DNA of 64,000 nucleotides from an uncultured delta proteobacterium (GTDB taxonomy: Bacteria > Myxococcota_A > UBA9160 > SMWR01), in the NCBI GenBank assembly GCA_963832165.1, contig CAWHTE010000007.1:416001-480000 (forward strand), written 5' to 3'. Under the pieces are notes generated by a model that was given only the letters and a program-made list of their open reading frames with translations, did no database searches and was not told the origin of the DNA. A program made the position numbers and the translations under genes. This document shows positions 24,424 through 36,408 of this stretch, in pieces; position 1 is the first letter of the stretch, and each line of letters opens with the position of its first letter.

Positions 24424-25653
24424 ATGAGACCGGCCTATGTGCTCGGCGTGCTGCTGCTCGTGCACATCCTGAACTTCGTGGACCGCAACATCCTCGCGAT
24501 CGTCGCGGGCGACATCAAGCGCGAGATGGACCTCTCCGACACCGAGCTCGGGATCCTGCTCGGCCCCGCCTTCGCGACGTTCTTCTCGCTCGCGGGCATC
24601 CCGATCGCGCGACTCGCCGACCTGACCTCGCGGCGCAACGTGATCGCGGTGGGCCTGGTCCTGTGGAGCGCGATGACGGCCGCGTCGGGCCTCGCGCAGA
24701 ACTTCTGGCACATCGCGCTGGCGCGCTTCGGCGTCAGCGTGGGTGAGGCGGCCTGCACACCGGCCTCGCACTCGATCCTGTCGCAGGTCTTCGAACCGAA
24801 GCGCCGTGCCACCGCGCTCGCGATCTACGGGATCGGGATCTACTTCGGGATGATGTTCGGTTTCGCGGGTGGCGGCTGGGTGCGCGATCACTTCGACTGG
24901 CGGACGGCGTTCTTCGCCGGCGGTGCGCTGGGCGTTCCGCTCGCGCTGCTGCTCGTGACCACGGTGACGGAGCCGCCGCGCCCCGCGCAGGAGGGCGACG
25001 CGGCCGACGGGGCGTCGCTGCGCGAAGTGATCGCGGTGCTTTTCGGGAAGCGCGCCTTCCGCTTCCTGCTCGCGGCGGCCTGCTGCCAGGCGCTGCTCGG
25101 CTACGCGGTGATCTCGTGGGGAGCGCAGTTCCTGATCCGTGTGCACGCGATGACGCCCACCGAGGTGGGCGTCTCGTTCGGAGTGATCGGCGGCATCGCG
25201 GGCGCACTCGGCATCACGTTGGGAGGTCATCTCGCCGACCGCGTCGCCGCGCGCGACGTGCGCTGGTACGCGTGGCTCTCGGCGATCGAGTCGCTCGCGG
25301 CGTTCCCGTTCGCGCTCGTGTTCCTGCTCGCGGGCGACCGGGTCGCTTCGCTCGCCGCGTTCGCGCCGTTCTACTTCCTGAACAACATGTACGTCGGGTC
25401 GCTGTGGTCGCTCACCCAGGGCCTCGTGGCGCCGCGAGTGCGCGCGGTGGCCGCCGCGACGCAGCTCGCGGTGCTGAACTTCGCCGGCCTGTTCATCGGG
25501 CCGCTCGTGGTCGGCGCGCTCAACGACGCGCTCGCGCCGACGCTCGGCGTGGATGCGATCCGCTGGTCGCTGCTCATGATGGCGGTGATCGGCGCGTCTG
25601 CGGCGTTCTTCTTCCGCGCCTGCGCGCGGACGCTGCGCGAGGACCTGGTCTGA
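24424..25653 (+). CDS. MFS transporter (Spinster-like)
   Basis: NFVDRNIL, ARLADLTSRR motif A, GEAACTP; about 12 TM segments. Confidence 0.9.
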   Translation: MRPAYVLGVLLLVHILNFVDRNILAIVAGDIKREMDLSDTELGILLGPAFATFFSLAGIPIARLADLTSRRNVIAVGLVLWSAMTAASGLAQNFWHIALARFGVSVGEAACTPASHSILSQVFEPKRRATALAIYGIGIYFGMMFGFAGGGWVRDHFDWRTAFFAGGALGVPLALLLVTTVTEPPRPAQEGDAADGASLREVIAVLFGKRAFRFLLAAACCQALLGYAVISWGAQFLIRVHAMTPTEVGVSFGVIGGIAGALGITLGGHLADRVAARDVRWYAWLSAIESLAAFPFALVFLLAGDRVASLAAFAPFYFLNNMYVGSLWSLTQGLVAPRVRAVAAATQLAVLNFAGLFIGPLVVGALNDALAPTLGVDAIRWSLLMMAVIGASAAFFFRACARTLREDLV

Positions 25654-25689
25654 CGAGCGATCTCCCAGGCGTCGGTGCCGCGGGTGGGA

Positions 25690-27924
25690 TCAGCTGCCGT
25701 CGATGCGCTCGAGGCGCACCGCGCAGTGCTTGTACGACGGCTGGCGCGAATGGGGATCGAACGCGCGCAGCGTGAGGCGGTTGGCGCCCTCGTGGTGCAT
25801 AGCCGTGAACAGCTGACCGCACTGCACCGAGGCCGTGACGCGCGCGACGAGCATGGCCTCGCCGCGCCGCGAGCGCAGCACGACGCGCTCGCCACTCGCG
25901 ATGCCGAGCCGCGCGGCGTCGCCGGGGTGGATCTCGACGCACGGCTCCGCGGCGTGGAGCTTCGTCAGCACGGGCGAGCGTTTCGTGCGCGTCTCGGTGT
26001 GCCACTGCGCCGACGAGCCGCGTCCCGTGAGCAGCACGAACGGATACTCGCAATCGGGCGCTTCGGGTACCGCACGCGGCGGGTCGAAGCAGAAGCGCGC
26101 GCGGCCGTCCGCGTGCGCGAACACACCGCCCTCGAACAGCCGCCGCTCGTTGGCCGTGATCGCTTCCCCTTCGCGCAGCGGCCACTGCACGCCGCCCTCC
26201 TCGTCGAGCATCCGGTAGTCGCGGATGCCCGTGATCTCGCAGAACCGGCCGCGCGAGAGCTCCTTCACGGTGTCGAACACGTCCTCGGGCGTCTTCCAGC
26301 GCTCGAATAGCGCGCCACAGCCCCACGCGTCCGCGATCAGCCGGAAGATCGCGAAGTCCGACAGCGCCTGGCCCGGTGCGCGACTCACCTTCTTCACGAG
26401 CCCGATCCGGCGCTCCGAGTTGATGAACGTGCCGTCCTTCTCGCCCCAGCCCGCAGCCGGCAGCACGAGGTGCGCGCGCTGCGCGGTCTCGGTGTCGGCG
26501 TAGAGGTCCTGGACGCACAGGAAGTCGAGCTTCTCGAGCAGTGCGCGGAAGTCGCTCTGGTCGATCCACGAGTGCGCGCCGTTCGTGCCCGCGATCCAGA
26601 GACCGCGGATCGCTCCGCTGCGGATGCCCTCGACGATCTGGTCGTAGGCCCAGCCGTTCCGGTCGGGAATCCGCTCCGCGGGAATGCCGAGGATCTCCGC
26701 CACCTCGCCGCGCTGCGCCGCGTTCGCGAAGTCGCGGCCCCCGAACAGGTTCGTCGTGTTGCTGTAGAGCCGCGATCCCATCGCGTTGCACTGGCCCGTG
26801 ATCGAGTTCGCACCCGTCCCGAGTCGGCCGATGTTTCCGGTCAGCAGGGCAAGCGCGATGATCGCCTGCGCCACGCGCACGCCCTCGTGGCTCTGGTTGA
26901 CGCCCATCGTCCACCAGAACGAGACGCGCGCGCCCTGCGCGATCACGTCGGCGAGCTCGCCGATCTGGCGCTCGGAGATCCCGGACACGGCGCTCACGCG
27001 CGCGGGCGTGAACTCCGCGACGAACTCCGCGAACGCCTCGAAGCCCACCGTGTGGTTCGCGACGAACTCGCGATCGACCGCGCCACGCGCGATCAGGAGA
27101 TGGGCGATGCCGTAGAAGAACGCGAGGTCGCTCTTCGGTTCGATCGCATAGTGGCGCGTTGCGGCCTGCGCGGTCTCGGTGGCGCGCGGGTCGATCACGA
27201 CGATCTCGGGACGGTCCGGATTGCGGCACACGCGCTCCCAGAGGATCGGATGCGCGATGCACAGGTTGGATCCCACGAGCACGATCACGTCGGACTTCTC
27301 GAGATCGCGATAGGTGTAGGGCGGTGCGTCGAAGCCGAACGATTCCTTGTAGGCGGTCGCCGCGGTGGCCATGCACTGCCGCGTGTTGCCGTCGCCGTGC
27401 ACCATGCCGAGGCCGAACTTCGCGAGCGCGCCGAAGAACACGAGCTCTTCGGTCGGCAGCTGACCGGAGCCGAGGAACGCGACCGATTCCGGGCCGTGCT
27501 GCTGCTGCACGGCTCGCACGCGCGTGCAGAATTCTCCGATCGCTCGCGGCCAGGAAACCGGGTTCAGCGCGCCGCTCGAGTCGCGCAGGAGCGGCGCGGT
27601 GGCGCGATCGGCTGCGGCGAGCGGTGCGAGAGCCTCCCAGCCCTTCGGGCACGCCATGCCCAGGTTCACGGGATAGGCCGACGCCGGCGAGAGATTCACC
27701 GCCTGGCCGTCGCGCAGGTGAACGGTGAGACCACAGCCGGTCGAGCAGAAGCCGCATACCACCGTGGTGGTGGCGTCGGGTGCGAGCCGCGCGGGCACCT
27801 GGCCGAGGCCGAATGCTCCGGGCTCGCGCAGCAGGTCGCGCGTGAGCGGTCCGTCCGTCTGTCGCAGCAGCTGCGCTGCGCGCCGCGTCAGCGCGCGCAG
27901 GTCGAGCTTCGGCAGAAGACCCAC
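25690..27924 (-). CDS. nasA: Assimilatory nitrate reductase catalytic subunit (Mo-bisPGD)
   Basis: CGFCSTGC...CPKG Fe-S; NTRQCMA Mo-Cys; ITGQCNAMG; nitrate-cluster context; no Tat signal seen. Confidence 0.85.
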   Translation of the reverse strand: MGLLPKLDLRALTRRAAQLLRQTDGPLTRDLLREPGAFGLGQVPARLAPDATTTVVCGFCSTGCGLTVHLRDGQAVNLSPASAYPVNLGMACPKGWEALAPLAAADRATAPLLRDSSGALNPVSWPRAIGEFCTRVRAVQQQHGPESVAFLGSGQLPTEELVFFGALAKFGLGMVHGDGNTRQCMATAATAYKESFGFDAPPYTYRDLEKSDVIVLVGSNLCIAHPILWERVCRNPDRPEIVVIDPRATETAQAATRHYAIEPKSDLAFFYGIAHLLIARGAVDREFVANHTVGFEAFAEFVAEFTPARVSAVSGISERQIGELADVIAQGARVSFWWTMGVNQSHEGVRVAQAIIALALLTGNIGRLGTGANSITGQCNAMGSRLYSNTTNLFGGRDFANAAQRGEVAEILGIPAERIPDRNGWAYDQIVEGIRSGAIRGLWIAGTNGAHSWIDQSDFRALLEKLDFLCVQDLYADTETAQRAHLVLPAAGWGEKDGTFINSERRIGLVKKVSRAPGQALSDFAIFRLIADAWGCGALFERWKTPEDVFDTVKELSRGRFCEITGIRDYRMLDEEGGVQWPLREGEAITANERRLFEGGVFAHADGRARFCFDPPRAVPEAPDCEYPFVLLTGRGSSAQWHTETRTKRSPVLTKLHAAEPCVEIHPGDAARLGIASGERVVLRSRRGEAMLVARVTASVQCGQLFTAMHHEGANRLTLRAFDPHSRQPSYKHCAVRLERIDGS

Positions 27925-27934
27925 CCGATCCCCC

Positions 27935-29602
27935 TCAATGGCCCGGCATCGCCGGGCTCGATTCGGACGTGAAGTAGAGATGGCGCTCGACGAGCTCGCC
28001 GAGCGCCGTGCACGCGAGTGCCGCGCCCGCGAACACGGCAGCAGAGCCCGGAGCCGCGGCGATGCCGCACGCGAGCGCCGCTGCTGCGGCGATCCAACCC
28101 GCTGCCGCTGCGGCGAGGCGAGCGCGCAGCTTCGGGCGCAGCGCACCTGCGAGCAGGCGGGCCGTGCGCACGAGCGCGTCGTTCGTCGCTGCGCGACGCC
28201 GCGCGAGGAGCCTTGTCTCCCCCGCGACCTTCACGGCGAGCGCGAGCGCGCCGATCGCGATCAGCAGTGCCGGGAACACGAACCCTCGGCCCGGCTCGAT
28301 CCATGTGCCTAGCGCGAGGGCGGCGCCTGTTCCGAGCGCGCCGAGGCCGAGCGCAGTGCCGGCGAAGGTCGACGCGGTGCGCGCGAATGCCCATGCGCGG
28401 CGGCGGGTGTCGACGTAGATCATGATCGAGCACACCGTGCCCGCAATGCCGAACGCGACGGCGCCGCCGCGCAGTGCGGGCAGGATCGTCTCCGCGAGAT
28501 CCACGAGCGGCGGGGGCGCGCCGGGCAGCAACGCGAGCGCGCTGGCCGCGGCGCACAGCGCGACGAGCGGCACGTAGGCGCCGAACACGAGGATCTCGCG
28601 GCTCATCCACGACGTGCGCCAGCCGAGGAAGGCGCGGAACGCATAGAGCGGCCGGCCGAGGTGGAGCGTCGCCGCGCCGAGGCCCGCCAGCGCGGAGACC
28701 GCGGCGAGCGCGAGCGCCGCCGACCGCGCGATCGCGCTCTCGACGCCGAGCGCGCCCGCGAGCCCCGCGAACAGCAGCGTTCCCACCGAGAGCTGCATCA
28801 GCACGAGCATCACCGCGAGCGGATCGTGCGCGGCAGCCGGGTGGAGGCGATCGCGATTCGCGGCGTGAAGCGGCCCGATCGGCTCGCGCGAGACGTAACG
28901 CGTCGTCGGCCGGGTGTAGGCCGAGTCCGGGATCTCGGCCGCCGCCGCCGGCAGCAGCTCGCGCGCGCCGCCCGGTCCGACGGTGTCCACGATCTCGATC
29001 GAGATCGCGCCAGTCGGGCAACCCTGCACGCAGGCCGGCGCTTCGCCGCCGGCGAGCCGGCTGCTGCACATGTCGCACTTGCGCACGATCCCGAGCTCGG
29101 CGTTGTACTTCGGGACCTCGTACGGGCATTTGAGCACGCAGTACTGGCAGCCGATGCACTGGTCGTCGAGGTGGCGCACGATCCCCGTCACGGGATCCTT
29201 CTCGTAGGCCTGCACCGGGCAGCCCGCGAGACACGCCGGATCCTCGCAGTGGTGACACGCGGTCGTGACGATCTGCTGGGCCCCCGCGTTCTCGCCGACT
29301 CCGAGCAGCAGCCCGACATCGCGCCAGGTCTCCTCGGGCGCGAGCCCGTTCAGGCTGTGGCACGCCGTGACGCACGCCTTGCAGCCCGTACACGAGTCGA
29401 GGTCGACACGAAACGCGAGCTGCTGGCCGGGCAGCGGCGTCCGCCCGACCGGGATCCGCTCTTCGTAGACGCGCTTGTTAGATAGGCCGTCGTCGTGGCG
29501 GCGGGAGAACACGTCGACCGCCGAGAGCGAGCGCTGCTCGGCGAGCAGCTCGTCGAGCAGGCGCGGAACGCGATCCGCCTCGAAGAGCGGTGCCGCGCTC
29601 AC
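27935..29602 (-). CDS. Fused 4Fe-4S ferredoxin (DmsB-like) and DmsC-like membrane anchor
   Basis: [36 protein letters not shown] region with HLGRP...SWMSRE. Confidence 0.85.
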   Translation of the reverse strand: MSAAPLFEADRVPRLLDELLAEQRSLSAVDVFSRRHDDGLSNKRVYEERIPVGRTPLPGQQLAFRVDLDSCTGCKACVTACHSLNGLAPEETWRDVGLLLGVGENAGAQQIVTTACHHCEDPACLAGCPVQAYEKDPVTGIVRHLDDQCIGCQYCVLKCPYEVPKYNAELGIVRKCDMCSSRLAGGEAPACVQGCPTGAISIEIVDTVGPGGARELLPAAAAEIPDSAYTRPTTRYVSREPIGPLHAANRDRLHPAAAHDPLAVMLVLMQLSVGTLLFAGLAGALGVESAIARSAALALAAVSALAGLGAATLHLGRPLYAFRAFLGWRTSWMSREILVFGAYVPLVALCAAASALALLPGAPPPLVDLAETILPALRGGAVAFGIAGTVCSIMIYVDTRRRAWAFARTASTFAGTALGLGALGTGAALALGTWIEPGRGFVFPALLIAIGALALAVKVAGETRLLARRRAATNDALVRTARLLAGALRPKLRARLAAAAAGWIAAAAALACGIAAAPGSAAVFAGAALACTALGELVERHLYFTSESSPAMPGH

Positions 29603-32514
29603 GCGCGCCTCGCGCACGCGAGCTCGCGCTCGAGCGACTCGGCGGGTGGCAGCTTCACCCAGACCTCGTCGCCGCGCAGCTCGACCGGGAAGGTGCGCAC
29701 CTGGTAGTTGGGATCGGACAGGCCCTTGCCCGTCTGCAGCGAGAAGGTCTTCTTGTGCAGCGGGCACGCGACCTTCGGCTCGCCCGCCTGATCGCCGAGC
29801 AGCCCGCGCGCGAGCACGTTGTCCTTGCGGTGCGGACATGAGGCCTGCGTCGCGAACCACTCGCCGCGGCGCGTGAAATTGTAGATCGCGAGCTGAACCG
29901 TTCCGTAGCGGACCGCTGCGCCGCCGTTCGCGGGGAACTGCTCGGCGCGCGCGAGCTGCTGCCAGGTCCACGTGTGCTCCGCGGGAACCTCGCCGCTAGG
30001 TGCGGGCGGATCCGGCGCGGCCCAGTCGGCGGGGCGTTTCTGATCGCGCTCGCGCACGAACGCGATCGCGTCGTCGGCGTCGCCGCCGTCGGCGAAGTGC
30101 CGGAACCGGGCGCGCAGCTCCGGCGACTCGACCACTGCCTTCCACTCGCAGTAGTAGGTGTCGACGAGCTGCTGCATGTCGGCTTCGAGCTGGTCGCAGA
30201 TGCGGAGCGCGTCGCCGAGGATGATCTCCTTCAGCCTCGCGATCCCGCCCTCGAGCTCCTCGAGCCAGCGCGCCGTTCGCTGGAGCGGCTTCGCGGTCTG
30301 GATGTAGAACATCAGGAAGCGATCCAGAACGCGGATCACCTCGTCTTCGCGAAACATCCGTCACGAACAGGTCGGCGTGCCGCGGATGGCTCCCCCCATT
30401 GCCGCACAGGTAGACGTTCCAGCCCTTCTCGGTCGCAATGACGCCGAAGTCCTTGCTCTGCGCCTCGGCGCATTCGCGGATGCAGCCCGAGACGGCCGAC
30501 TTGAGCTTGTGCGGAGCGCGGATGCCGCGGTAGCGCTCCTCGATCCGGATCGCGAGAGCGGTCGAGTCCTGCACGCCATAGCGGCACCAGGTCGACCCGA
30601 TGCAGCTCTTCACCGTGCGCATCGCCTTGCCGTAGGCGTGGCCGCTCTCGAAGCCCGCGGCCACGAGGTCCTCCCAGATCGCCGGGAGCTGATCGACGCG
30701 CGCACCGAGCAGATCGATGCGCTGGCCGCCGGTGATCTTGCAGTAGAGGTCGAACTTCACCGCGACCTCTCCGAGCACGATCAGCTTCTCGGGCGTGATC
30801 TCGCCGCCCGGAATCCGCGGGATCACCGAGTACGTGCCGCCGCGCTGGATGTTGGCGAGGAAGCGGTCGTTGGTGTCCTGGATCGCCGCGTGCTCGAAGA
30901 CGAGATCGTTCCAGGTGGCGGCGAGGATCGACGCCACCGCGGGCCGGCACACCTCGCAGCCGTCCCCGCGCCCATGGCCGTCGAGCAGCGCGTCGAAGCT
31001 CTCGATCCGGCCGAGCTTGACGATCCAGAACAGCTCCTGGCGCGTGTAGGGGAAGTGTTCGCACAGGTGACGCACCAGCTCGTGACCGCTCTTCGCGAGC
31101 TCGGCCTCGAGGATCGAAACCACGGCCGGCTGGCACCCGCCGCAGCCGGTCGCGGCCCGGGTGCACTTCTTCACGTCCGCGACCGTCGTGAGGCCGCCAT
31201 CCGCGATCGACCGCACGAGATCGCCCTTGGTGACGTTGTTGCACGAGCAGATCTGCGCCGCGTCGGGCAGGCTCGCCGTGTTTCCTGCTGCGCGGAGCGC
31301 CGGGAGCTCCGAATAGCAGCTCGCGCGGATGTGCCGGGACCGGGGCGCCGGACACGGCGTGTGAGGAGAGCTGGACGTAGGCGCTCGCGTCGCCGACGAG
31401 GATCCCGCCGAGCAGCCGCTCGCGTTCCGGATCGAAGAGCAGCTTCTGGTACACGCCCTCGGTGCGGTCCTCGAACACGAGCGCGCGGGTCTGGTCCGGC
31501 CGCTCGAGGTCGGCGAAGTAGTCGCCGAAGCTCGCGACGTCGACGCCGAGCAGCTTGAGCTTCGCCGAGAGGTCGGCTCCCGCGAAGCGGACGTCCTCCC
31601 CGGCGAGTCGCCGCGCCGCGACGTCCGCCATCTCGTAGCCGGGCGCGACGAGGCCGTAGTGAACGCCGCGGTGAACGCGCGCACTCGCCGATCGCGGTGA
31701 TCCGCGGATCGCTGGTCTGGAGCGCGTCGTCGACGGCGATCCCGCCGCGCGGCGCGACTTCGAGCCCGGCTGCGCGCGCGAGATCGTCGCGCGGCCGGAT
31801 CCCGGCCGAGACGATCACCAGGTCGACGCGGAGCTCGGGCTGATCCGAGAAGTGGAGTGCGCGCACCCGCTCGTCTCCGACCAGGGCCTCGGTCGCGACC
31901 CCGAGGTGCACGTGCACACCGAGCTCCTCGATCGCATCCCGCAGCAGCGCAGCGCCCGCGCGATCGAGCTGCCGCGGCATCAGCCGGTCCGCGTACTCGA
32001 TCACGTGCGCTTCGAGTCCGAGGTCGAGCACCGCCTTGGCAGCCTCGAGCCCGAGCAACCCGCCGCCGATCACCGCGGCGCGCCGCCCGTCGCGCGCCCA
32101 GGCGCGAATCGCCCCGAGATCGTCGATCGTGCGATAGAGGAACACGCCCGCGAGGTCGATCCCGGGAATCGCGGGAACGAAAGGCGTCGACCCGCTGGCG
32201 AGCACGAGCGCGTCGTAGCGGAACCGCTCACCGCCCTCCGCGACCACTTCCCGTCGCTCGCGATCGATCAGGGTGGCGGCCCGGCCGAGCTGGAGATCGA
32301 GGCCGTGCTCGCTGTACCAATCGCGCGATGTCAGCGAGAGCTCTTCCGCGCCGCGCCCCGCGAAGAATTCGGAGAGGTGCACACGATCGTACGCGGGGCG
32401 GGGCTCCTCTCCGAAAACCGTCACCTCGAAGTGGTTCTGGAGACCGAGATCGACGAGCCGCTCGCAGAAGCGGTGGCCCACCATCCCGTTGCCGATCACG
32501 ACGAGGCGCTGCAT
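29599..32514 (-). CDS. nirB: NAD(P)H nitrite reductase NirB with fused C-terminal Rieske NirD; three apparent +1 frameshifts (~31676, ~31295, ~30350)
   Basis: GNGMVG FAD; ICSCNNV BFD; NIQRGGTYSV; VKSCIG..WCR..SGCIRECA siroheme; CPH...CPLH Rieske; spread over four ORF segments. Confidence 0.88.
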
Positions 32515-32529
32515 CGCTGTGTCCGAACG

Positions 32530-32581
32530 AAAAAACGGCGCCCTGCGAGAAAGCCCGTGGCTTCCTCAAGGCGCCGTTGCC
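32530..32581 (-). promoter_or_regulatory. ANTAR(NasT)-type antiterminator leader of nirB
   Basis: GGCAACGGCGCC hairpin overlapping a terminator ending GGCGCCGTTTTTT. Confidence 0.7.
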
Positions 32582-32653
32582 TTGCGATCGAGTCGAACCC
32601 GGCTCAGCTGCGCCGAGCGCCGCCAAAGGAGTTCTCCGATCGCATCGTCAGAG

Positions 32654-32670
32654 TTCAAGAGTCGTGCCAG
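32654..32670 (-). promoter_or_regulatory. Sigma-54-like promoter of nirB (-12 GA variant)
   Basis: CTGGCACGACTCTTGAA. Confidence 0.6.
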
Positions 32671-32760
32671 TGAAACACGCAGCTAGACGACCGCCGCGCG
32701 CGCGCGACCGGACCGTCGCCGCTTCGTTGTGCATCGGGCGCCCACGTCAGCAGCAGCGGC

Positions 32761-34017
32761 TCAGAACGCGACCGTGGCTTCGACCCAGTATTTGGTCGTG
32801 TCGCGCGGCGAGAACGGTCCGCCGTCCTCGTAGAAGGCGGCCTTCGTGAGCACGGTCAGATAGGCGCCGAACTTGCGCGAGAGAACCGCGTCGATCTCGC
32901 GGCCCATGTCGTGGGAGTGCTCGTGGCTCCAGAACTGGTGGTAGATCACCTGCGCGGAGAGCTTCCAGGGCAGCGTCGGCGAGATGTAGGCGAAGGCGTC
33001 CTGGAGTCCATTCACGCCGCCGTTGTTCAGGAATACGTCGGCCCAGCCATTGAACTTGTGGAGCGTGGCCAGCGGCGTGGCGAAGCGCGCGCGCCCGTCG
33101 TCGCTGCCGAGCAGCTCGTAGCCGGCGCCGATCGCCGCGATCGGCGTGAATCCCACGGAGACGTCGGCGAACGCGTAGTGGGCGTGATAGTCGGCGGGGT
33201 TTTCGCCGCCGCTCGTGCCGCCGTCGGTCTGGTAGGCGTAGCTGGCCTGGTAGGCGAAATTCCAGCGCTCCGCGATCGGCGCAGTGCCCGTGAATCGCAC
33301 GCCGTAGCTGTTCGAGGACTCGGCCTCGGCGTCGCGCAGGTCGAGCAGATACGCGAACGCAACGGGCTGGAGCCACGGCGCCACGTCGACTGCAACGCGG
33401 GCGAGGTGCGAATTTGCGTCGAAGTCGCGCGTCGCGCGCGGGCCCTCGTTGCCGAAGATCCGGCGCACCGCGGCGAGGTAGCCGTAGCCGACCGCGAGGC
33501 GCTCGAGACCGAACGAGCTCTGCGCCCAGGCACCGTCGTAGGTCTGCTCGTTCTGGCGCCAGCCGACGTTGCCGATGAAGCGGTGGTCGTCGAGCACGAT
33601 GCGCTGGCGGCCGCCTTTCACGGACGTGCCGAGCCAGTCGGGGCGGTCGAGCAGGAGATAGGCCTGGTTCACCCCGGTGTCGGGTGGGTCCGCGATCACC
33701 GTGCGGTCGCGGACGTTCGGCGGAATGCCGTCGAAGTAGGCGTCGTGATCGGCGACCGCGATGTTCTCCGCTTCGACGTAGCCGGACAGCCCCTCCCAGG
33801 GCTGGGTGGCGTAGCCGAGCCGCGTGCGCACCGTGGCCGCGTTCGAGGGCGAGAATCCGTCCATGTCGGCGTGCTCCCAGCGCGCGCGCACGTCGAGCTT
33901 CACGGTGCCGCCGACGATCGGCACGGCGATGCCGTTGGCGACGTCGTCGGCAGAATCGGCGGCCGCGGCCGCGACCCACAGGGCTACCGAGAGCAGTGTC
34001 ACAGAGATGCGCAGCAT
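32761..34017 (-). CDS. Alginate-export (AlgE-like) outer-membrane porin, probable nitrate/nitrite channel
   Basis: Signal peptide; GRQRI.LDDHRFIGNVGWRQNEQ; TPLATLHKFNGWAD; terminal Phe. Confidence 0.82.
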   Translation of the reverse strand: MLRISVTLLSVALWVAAAAADSADDVANGIAVPIVGGTVKLDVRARWEHADMDGFSPSNAATVRTRLGYATQPWEGLSGYVEAENIAVADHDAYFDGIPPNVRDRTVIADPPDTGVNQAYLLLDRPDWLGTSVKGGRQRIVLDDHRFIGNVGWRQNEQTYDGAWAQSSFGLERLAVGYGYLAAVRRIFGNEGPRATRDFDANSHLARVAVDVAPWLQPVAFAYLLDLRDAEAESSNSYGVRFTGTAPIAERWNFAYQASYAYQTDGGTSGGENPADYHAHYAFADVSVGFTPIAAIGAGYELLGSDDGRARFATPLATLHKFNGWADVFLNNGGVNGLQDAFAYISPTLPWKLSAQVIYHQFWSHEHSHDMGREIDAVLSRKFGAYLTVLTKAAFYEDGGPFSPRDTTKYWVEATVAF

Positions 34018-34036
34018 CAGGAATCGCTCCTTCGCC

Positions 34037-34094
34037 AAAAACACGAACGGCGCCCGAGCGGCCGTGCATCGACCGCTCTGGGACGCCGTTGTCC
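34037..34094 (-). promoter_or_regulatory. ANTAR-type leader of the porin gene
   Basis: GGACAACGGCGTCC hairpin; downstream GGGCGCCGTT..TTTTT terminator arm. Confidence 0.65.
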
Positions 34095-34108
34095 GTTCGC
34101 ACCTCCTA

Positions 34109-34124
34109 TCAAGACTCGTGCCAG
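34109..34124 (-). promoter_or_regulatory. Sigma-54-like promoter of the porin (-12 GA variant)
   Basis: CTGGCACGAGTCTTGA. Confidence 0.6.
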
Positions 34125-34245
34125 CCAGGATGTCGCCGCGCGCACTGTGGTGCTGCGCCTGCCTCACGAAGCGGCCGCGGCTGCCTGTTAGTCGCGCAGG
34201 GCGTACGGCGGTCGGACAGCTGAGCCAACCGCAGATCGAGAGCGA

Positions 34246-35548
34246 TCACGAGTTGTGCTCCGCGAGCTCGTCGATGCGAACGCGCAGCGAGGAGGTCGCG
34301 AAGCACTCCAGATATTCGACGATCCGGTCGGGATCGAAGCGCAGCCCGTCGAAGAAGCGGTCGGGACCCATCGCGATCGGGGTGCTCGCGTCGTAGAGGA
34401 TCCACGGGGACCGATGTCCGCCCTCGGTCTTCTCGTCCACGAGCGGGGCCGGCAGCCCGAGATCGGCGGCCGCCTCGCGGTGCAGATCCGGCCGGTAGAC
34501 GCGCCGCGCGAGGCCGCGGATGTCGATCGGCTTCTCGATGTATCCCCAGCGCAGCATCTGCGACAGCATCCACATCGCGTGCGAGATCCAGGGGTGGGTT
34601 GCGGCGTTGCGGTGGAAGACGGGCCCGAACACGGGTCCGGCTTCGGCTCTCCCGACGATCGCGAGCGAGCGGTGCAGCGCGCTCACGGGCGCGTCGACGA
34701 AGCTCTCACCCGCGATCACGTGCGCCACCTCGAAGCGGCGCTGGGGCGTCGTCGAGCTCGATCGCAGCCTCGAGCAGCGCGCGCAGCATCGCGCGGTGGG
34801 TGGCGGGGTGGCGTTCGAGCCACGACTCCGACACGCCGAGCACCTTCTCCGGCGAGTGGTTCCAGATCTCGTGCTTGGTGACGAGCGTGCGACCACTGCG
34901 CCGCAGCGCCGCGAGCGCGTTCCAGGGCTCGCCCACGCAGTAGCCATCGAGATGACCCTCCTCGAGGCGCTGCACCATGAAAGGTGGGGCGACCACGCGC
35001 AGCGACACGTCGCGCTGCGGATCGATGCCAGCCGAGGCGAGCCAGTAGCGCAGCTCGAGATCGTGCATCGAGTACGGGAACACGATGCCGAAGCGCAGCG
35101 GCGGTCGGCCCGCCTCGCGATCCTCTTCGATCACCTGGCGCAGAGCCGTCGCGCACACGGGCCTCCCGATCAGCGAATCGGGATCCGCATCTGCGAGGCG
35201 CCGGTAGAGCGCTTCGGAAACCGTGATCGCGTTGCCGTCGAGATCGAGCGCGAGCCCGGTGCAGATCGGCAGCTCGAGCCCGCCGAGGCCGAGCGTCGAG
35301 GCGAGCGGCATCGGCGCGAGCATCTGCGCGGCGTCGAGCGCGCCCGCTGCGACGCGGTCGCGCAGCGTCGCCCACGACACTTCGCGCGAGAGCTCGACTT
35401 CGAGTCCGTGGCGCCGGAAGTGCCCGCGCTCCTTCGCGAACACGAGCGGGGCGCAGTCGGCGAGCGGGACGAAACCGATCCGCAGCCGACTCTTCTCGAT
35501 CCCTTCGGATCCACCCGCGTGCGCGGCGTAGCGAAGCTTCGGATCCAC
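34246..35548 (-). CDS. nasS: NasS-type cytoplasmic nitrate sensor (CmpA/NrtA-like); apparent +1 frameshift near 34747
   Basis: GFVPLADCAPL, SWATLRD, CVGEPWN, HSPEKV; no signal peptide; downstream of nasT. Confidence 0.78.
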
Positions 35549-36129
35549 TAGATGATCTCCGCGGCGGCCAGCACGTGGCGCGCGACCTCCGCGAGCCGGA
35601 TGCCCTGGTTCATCGCCATCTTGCGCAGCGCCCGGAACGCTTCCTCCTCGCTGAATCCGCGCTTGTCCATGAGGATTCCCTTCGCCTTCTCGATGACCTT
35701 GCGATCGGCGAGGCTCGACTGTGCACGCGCGAGCTCGCTCCGCAGCGTCTGGAACTCCTCGAAGCGCGCACAGGCCACCTCGAGCACGGGCCGGATCCGC
35801 TCTGCGCTCGAGCCCTTTACGACGTAGGCGGCCACGCCCGCGCGCACCGCGGTGCGGATGCTCTCGCTGTCGCTCTCGTCCACGAACATCACGATCGGGC
35901 GCGGCTGCTCGCTCGTGATCCGCTGCATGTCCTCGAGCGTGTCGCGATCCGGCGAATCCATGTCGACGATCACGACGTCCGGCTGGACCGCGCGCAGCGT
36001 CGCGTGCAGATCGACCGACCCGACCAGCTCCGCGACGACCTGGCAGCCGGCGTCCTCGAGCGTGCGCGCGAGATCGCGCGCGCGATCGGCGCGCTCGTCG
36101 ACGAGCAACACGCGCAGCTTGTCCTTCAC
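35548..36129 (-). CDS. nasT: ANTAR-domain response regulator NasT
   Basis: PDVVIVDMDSPDRDTLE; ANTAR RKVIEKAKGILM...EAFRALRKMAM. Confidence 0.9.
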   Translation of the reverse strand: MKDKLRVLLVDERADRARDLARTLEDAGCQVVAELVGSVDLHATLRAVQPDVVIVDMDSPDRDTLEDMQRITSEQPRPIVMFVDESDSESIRTAVRAGVAAYVVKGSSAERIRPVLEVACARFEEFQTLRSELARAQSSLADRKVIEKAKGILMDKRGFSEEEAFRALRKMAMNQGIRLAEVARHVLAAAEII

Positions 36130-36352
36130 GGCGGTGGCGTCTCCCCGCGGCTCAGCTCGCAAGCGCTGTGCCCGGCTCGCGAGCGCAGCGCATGTGCTCG
36201 TACGAGCTCACTTGTGCTCTGTAGGAGATAAATGTGTTAGGCGACGTCGCGCTGGGCCGTGGACGGAGCTCCGCGCACTGCCCAAGAAAGCGCCGGGCAT
36301 GCCTGCGCTCGCGTCAGCGATGCGTCCCCGGAGTCGTCTCGCGCGTTCTCGC

Positions 36353-36368
36353 TTGGCATGCACCTTGC
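36353..36368 (+). promoter_or_regulatory. Sigma-54 promoter of the nrt operon
   Basis: TTGGCATGCACCTTGC (GG-N10-GC). Confidence 0.75.
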
Positions 36369-36408
36369 GATGGCGGCCGGCACGCGTGCTCCAACGCCGG
36401 GGTCCGCG

